DNA of 60,317 nt from a virus (lineage: Duplodnaviria > Caudoviricetes), in IMG/VR virus record IMGVR_UViG_3300024518_004211, positions 1-60,317 of that record. One strand, 5' to 3'. Under the pieces are notes generated by a model. That model was given only the letters and a program-made list of their open reading frames with translations, ran no database searches and was not told the DNA's origin. Both the position numbers and the translations under genes were made by a program. This document shows, in pieces, positions 57,325 to 60,317 of this stretch. Numbering within the stretch: position 1 is the first letter of the stretch; every line of letters begins with the position of its first letter.

Positions 57325-58806
57325 CTACCCGTAGATCGCCCTCGCCTTGAACCACCCGCCCAGCTTCACGTGTCTCTCAATCGGGTACCGACCGGCGTCG
57401 AGCACGTCCTTCACCGGGTCCCGCTTGTCGCCCCGGTACGTCCTGCACGCCTCCCGGAACGCCTTCGCCCGCGGGCTGACGAGGAAGTGGCTGCGCTCCG
57501 TCTCCTCGTCCACACGGCCCATGATCGCATTCATGATCCTGAGCCCGTAGTCCTCGGAGCCGGTGAATTTCTTCGGCGTGTGGATGAACTTGAGACGCGA
57601 ATATGGGCGCTTGATCTCGGCGGCGAGGTAGACGCGCAGATCCTTGTTGCTCTTCCTGACGGCCCACTTGTTCCAACCTGTGGACCTGTCGCCGATCCAC
57701 TCGTCGACGTTGTCGTAGTTCAACCCGTTGCGCGCCAGCATGTTCAGGATTGCTGCCGCGTCCATCTCCGGCGTCGTGGCCGATTCGTTGACGACCTCGT
57801 CCATCACCCACACCCGGGGCGCGAGCGTGGCGTGGTGGGTCATCGCTACGAGGATCGCTGCCTGCTTTCCGAGGTCGGTCCCGTGGTCGACTCCGACCAT
57901 GACGAACGCCCCGTCAGGAGGCTTGCACCACCGCTCACACGCGTCCGACCAGTTGCTCAGTAGCCGCTCCGTGACGATCTGGTCCCACGACCCCTCCATC
58001 CGCATCGCCCGCTCTCGGTCGAGCAGGTCGGCGGCGTAGGCTTCGATCTCAGCCTCGGTCATCCATGGGACTTCGATCAGCCGCCCCCGAGGTGTGCACG
58101 CGTCCGCCGTCAGCGTGGTCTGGACTTCGACAATGCCGCCAGCGCATCCTCCCTCAGGCTCGCCCGCCTCCTGCCACACTTTCACGCGCTTGCGGAGGTA
58201 TTCGAGGTCTGGGCTGTTCGGCGTCGGCGTGAAGCCGATCCTCAGGTAGCCTTTGTGGTGCTTCAGGCGCGGGATGATCTCGCCGTACACCTGCTCTGGG
58301 GGCGGTTCGTCGAGCACGGCCAGGTGCACTGACGGGCCCGCGATTCGCTTCGTGCCCTGTTGGTAGGTGGCGAACCGGATGACCGATCCCGCACCGTCGC
58401 CCTTCACGAACGGGATGACGGGGATCTTGAAGCCCCTGAACCCGTTGCCCTTCTGGTAGCGGACCTCGGGAGCGATCTCGTCCTTCGGTAGCAGGTTCCA
58501 GATCTTCTCGCAGAGCGGATCCATTTGCTCCCACGAGTAGGACACCACCAGCACCTCGACGGGCGGGCGGTGCTTCTGCCACGGGAGCTCGCCCCGACAG
58601 AACCGGACGATCAGGCGTGCGAGGCTGTGGGACTTGCCGATCTGGTTGCCGGCCCGCCACAGGACGTACCGCGCCCACTTGCCCTCGAAGTTGCGCTGGG
58701 GGTTCGTCGCGCACTCGTCCCGGAGCGGTTGGCGACGGTGGCGCATCCGTGCCGTGTTCAGGATCTCGTTGAGGTCTACGCGGTATCCCGGTTCGTCTTC
58801 CGTCAT
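57325..58806 (-). CDS. terL: Terminase large subunit
   Basis: Walker A AGNQIGKS, Walker B AVLDEPP, coupling motif FTPT, nuclease VGVDHG and KDVLDAGRY. Confidence 0.93.
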   Translation of the reverse strand: MTEDEPGYRVDLNEILNTARMRHRRQPLRDECATNPQRNFEGKWARYVLWRAGNQIGKSHSLARLIVRFCRGELPWQKHRPPVEVLVVSYSWEQMDPLCEKIWNLLPKDEIAPEVRYQKGNGFRGFKIPVIPFVKGDGAGSVIRFATYQQGTKRIAGPSVHLAVLDEPPPEQVYGEIIPRLKHHKGYLRIGFTPTPNSPDLEYLRKRVKVWQEAGEPEGGCAGGIVEVQTTLTADACTPRGRLIEVPWMTEAEIEAYAADLLDRERAMRMEGSWDQIVTERLLSNWSDACERWCKPPDGAFVMVGVDHGTDLGKQAAILVAMTHHATLAPRVWVMDEVVNESATTPEMDAAAILNMLARNGLNYDNVDEWIGDRSTGWNKWAVRKSNKDLRVYLAAEIKRPYSRLKFIHTPKKFTGSEDYGLRIMNAIMGRVDEETERSHFLVSPRAKAFREACRTYRGDKRDPVKDVLDAGRYPIERHVKLGGWFKARAIYG

Positions 58807-59219
58807 TCGTCGGATGCTGCCGCTTCGGCCGCGCGCCCGATGGCTCGATCAAGATCGGGCATCCTGTAGGGGTTCTCGGCGCAAATGGCTTCGACATGCT
58901 GAGCGACAACAACGGGGTCGTGATGGTTCTCAACCCAATCGGATGACGCAGCCGGCCCCAACGTTGGAGGGATGGCTGCGCGGATACGCTCCATCGCCCT
59001 CGCCGCCGGATGCAGCCCACCAACGGCGGGGGCGTGGCGGCGGTTCCATGCCTTCTTCGCCTTGACCGGGTCGGCTGAGAACATGCTCGTCGCGGCACAT
59101 CCTGGGCAATTGGCGAAGAACAGGTTGCTCTCCCTCATCATGTAGCCCTTGGTGTTGCCGCAGAACGGACACGGAAGCATCCCGCCCGCGTTCGGTTTCG
59201 CCATGTCGTTGGCCCTCAT
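58803..59219 (-). CDS. Lar-family (restriction alleviation-like) zinc-finger protein
   Basis: LPCPFCG...CPGCAA...AKKAWNRR. Confidence 0.7.
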   Translation of the reverse strand: MRANDMAKPNAGGMLPCPFCGNTKGYMMRESNLFFANCPGCAATSMFSADPVKAKKAWNRRHAPAVGGLHPAARAMERIRAAIPPTLGPAASSDWVENHHDPVVVAQHVEAICAENPYRMPDLDRAIGRAAEAAASDE

Positions 59220-59569
59220 GGCTTCACCGCCGCCGTCGCTTCACGCTCCCTCTCCCACCGCCTGCTGTCCATCTCCCTTCCGATTCCATCAACCCCCAAC
59301 TTCTGGCACAGACCATCAATCATCGGGCCGGTCGTCCACGGGTTCGGCCGCCCGTTGTCGATGATGACGGTGTCGATGAGGTGGTCACGCAGGCGCTTTG
59401 CGTCGTAGTGTGCGAAGCTCGCAGATCTCGCCACCACGCGCTCCTCCATGATTGTGGCGCCGTGACTCTCGTACATCTCGTGCAGTTGGCGGTTCACCTG
59501 TTCGATAATCATCTCTGCGCCGCCGAACTCGACCGTGATCGTGATCGTGAATTTCTCTGGAATTTCCAT
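59216..59569 (-). CDS. Hypothetical protein
   Basis: GAGGAG RBS, ATGA overlap. Confidence 0.6.
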   Translation of the reverse strand: MEIPEKFTITITVEFGGAEMIIEQVNRQLHEMYESHGATIMEERVVARSASFAHYDAKRLRDHLIDTVIIDNGRPNPWTTGPMIDGLCQKLGVDGIGREMDSRRWEREREATAAVKP

Positions 59570-59586
59570 GCTGTGCTCCTCGGGGT

Positions 59587-60219
59587 TTATGCATCCTCAT
59601 CCGGGACGAGGCGAAGGTGTGTCAGCGCCGTGTAGCGCTCCACGAATGGCTCCAGGTCGCCGATCGCCATCTTCTGGGCCTGCTCAGCGAGGTGAACCTC
59701 CCATGTGTGGTCGTCCATGTCGTCGAGGTCTGCGCCCGTGGCTTTGCGCTCCTCGGTGCGGAGGGCGGAGAGTTCGGCGTGGCGTTGGCTGAGTTCGCGG
59801 GCGACCTGGACCGCGGCGACGGAGCCGGCCTTGGCTGTGGCCTGCTGGACCGTGAGGGTGCCCACCTGCCACTCCAGGTACTGGATCCTGGACATGGCTG
59901 CGGTGTCGGCCAGCTTCTCCGGCGGGATGAGCAGCGGCGGTGGTTCCGGTTCGCGGTTGAACCCGATTGGCGTCGGGAGCGTTCTGATCTCCCGCTGTGG
60001 GTCGAGCAGCGCCTCAGCGTCCGCACCGGGCTTCGCCGCCTTCTTTTTCATCGCGTTGTGTGCGTAGTTGATCCGGTTGATGAGCTTCCGGCGTTGGGGC
60101 CTTTCGGCGCCCGGGGCCATGGCGTCGGCGACCGGCGCTGCGCCCGCCCACTGGGTGCGCGACAGGAACGACTTGATCTCGCTTTGGGTGATCAGGCTCG
60201 TGTCAATCGGCGCAGTCAT
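59587..60219 (-). CDS. Putative terminase small subunit
   Basis: First gene of the late arm, next to the genome end; helical C-terminus (AGSVAAVQVAREL); inferred mainly from position. Confidence 0.5.
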   Translation of the reverse strand: MTAPIDTSLITQSEIKSFLSRTQWAGAAPVADAMAPGAERPQRRKLINRINYAHNAMKKKAAKPGADAEALLDPQREIRTLPTPIGFNREPEPPPLLIPPEKLADTAAMSRIQYLEWQVGTLTVQQATAKAGSVAAVQVARELSQRHAELSALRTEERKATGADLDDMDDHTWEVHLAEQAQKMAIGDLEPFVERYTALTHLRLVPDEDA

Positions 60220-60306
60220 CGTGGGTACTATAGCGCGCCGCCCCTATAGCCTGTAGCGATCCATATACAGGGCTGTTTCAAAATCAGAGCGCGCGCGCAA
60301 CCCCAG

Positions 60307-60317
60307 AACACACACAC
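60307..60317. repeat. Right copy of 11-bp terminal direct repeat AACACACACAC
   Basis: Identical to 1-11. Confidence 0.8.

Noticed and set aside
1-60317. Genome-wide stop-codon reassignment (suggested by the phage release factor)
   Set aside because: Genes tile well in the standard code, and TAG, TGA and TAA all end clear genes (terL TAG, capsid TGA, scaffold TAA).

Overview
The window looks like a complete or near-complete ~60.3 kb, GC-rich tailed dsDNA phage genome, probably siphovirus-like. The same 11-mer (AACACACACAC) sits at both ends. There are three transcriptional blocks. (1) 15157->90, minus strand, early/replication genes: XRE regulator, HNH, radical SAM protein, RecU-like resolvase, DNA methyltransferase, replication initiator with iterons, DnaB-like helicase. 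(2) 15303->31319, plus strand, recombination and accessory genes: SbcC/Rad50-like ATPase, UvrD helicase, many small ORFs, a second methyltransferase. (3) 60219->31321, minus strand, late genes: terminase, portal, scaffold, capsid, a repeat-rich virion protein, a sulfotransferase-like ORF, neck and tail genes with a -1 frameshifted tail chaperone, tape measure, tail tip, and lysis genes. The standout feature lies inside the lysis cassette, between the endolysin and a holin-like gene. It is a phage-encoded, N-terminally truncated RF1-type peptide release factor (PxT and GGQ motifs). Its gene is split by a prfB-style +1 programmed frameshift cassette, AGGAGG-CGG-CTT-TAG-C, carrying UAG rather than the UGA of bacterial prfB. 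This looks like an amber-sensing autoregulatory switch, and its stop codon overlaps the start of the holin-like gene. I recognised no integrase, tRNA or CRISPR array. Functional calls come from motifs read by eye and from gene order; no database searches were run.
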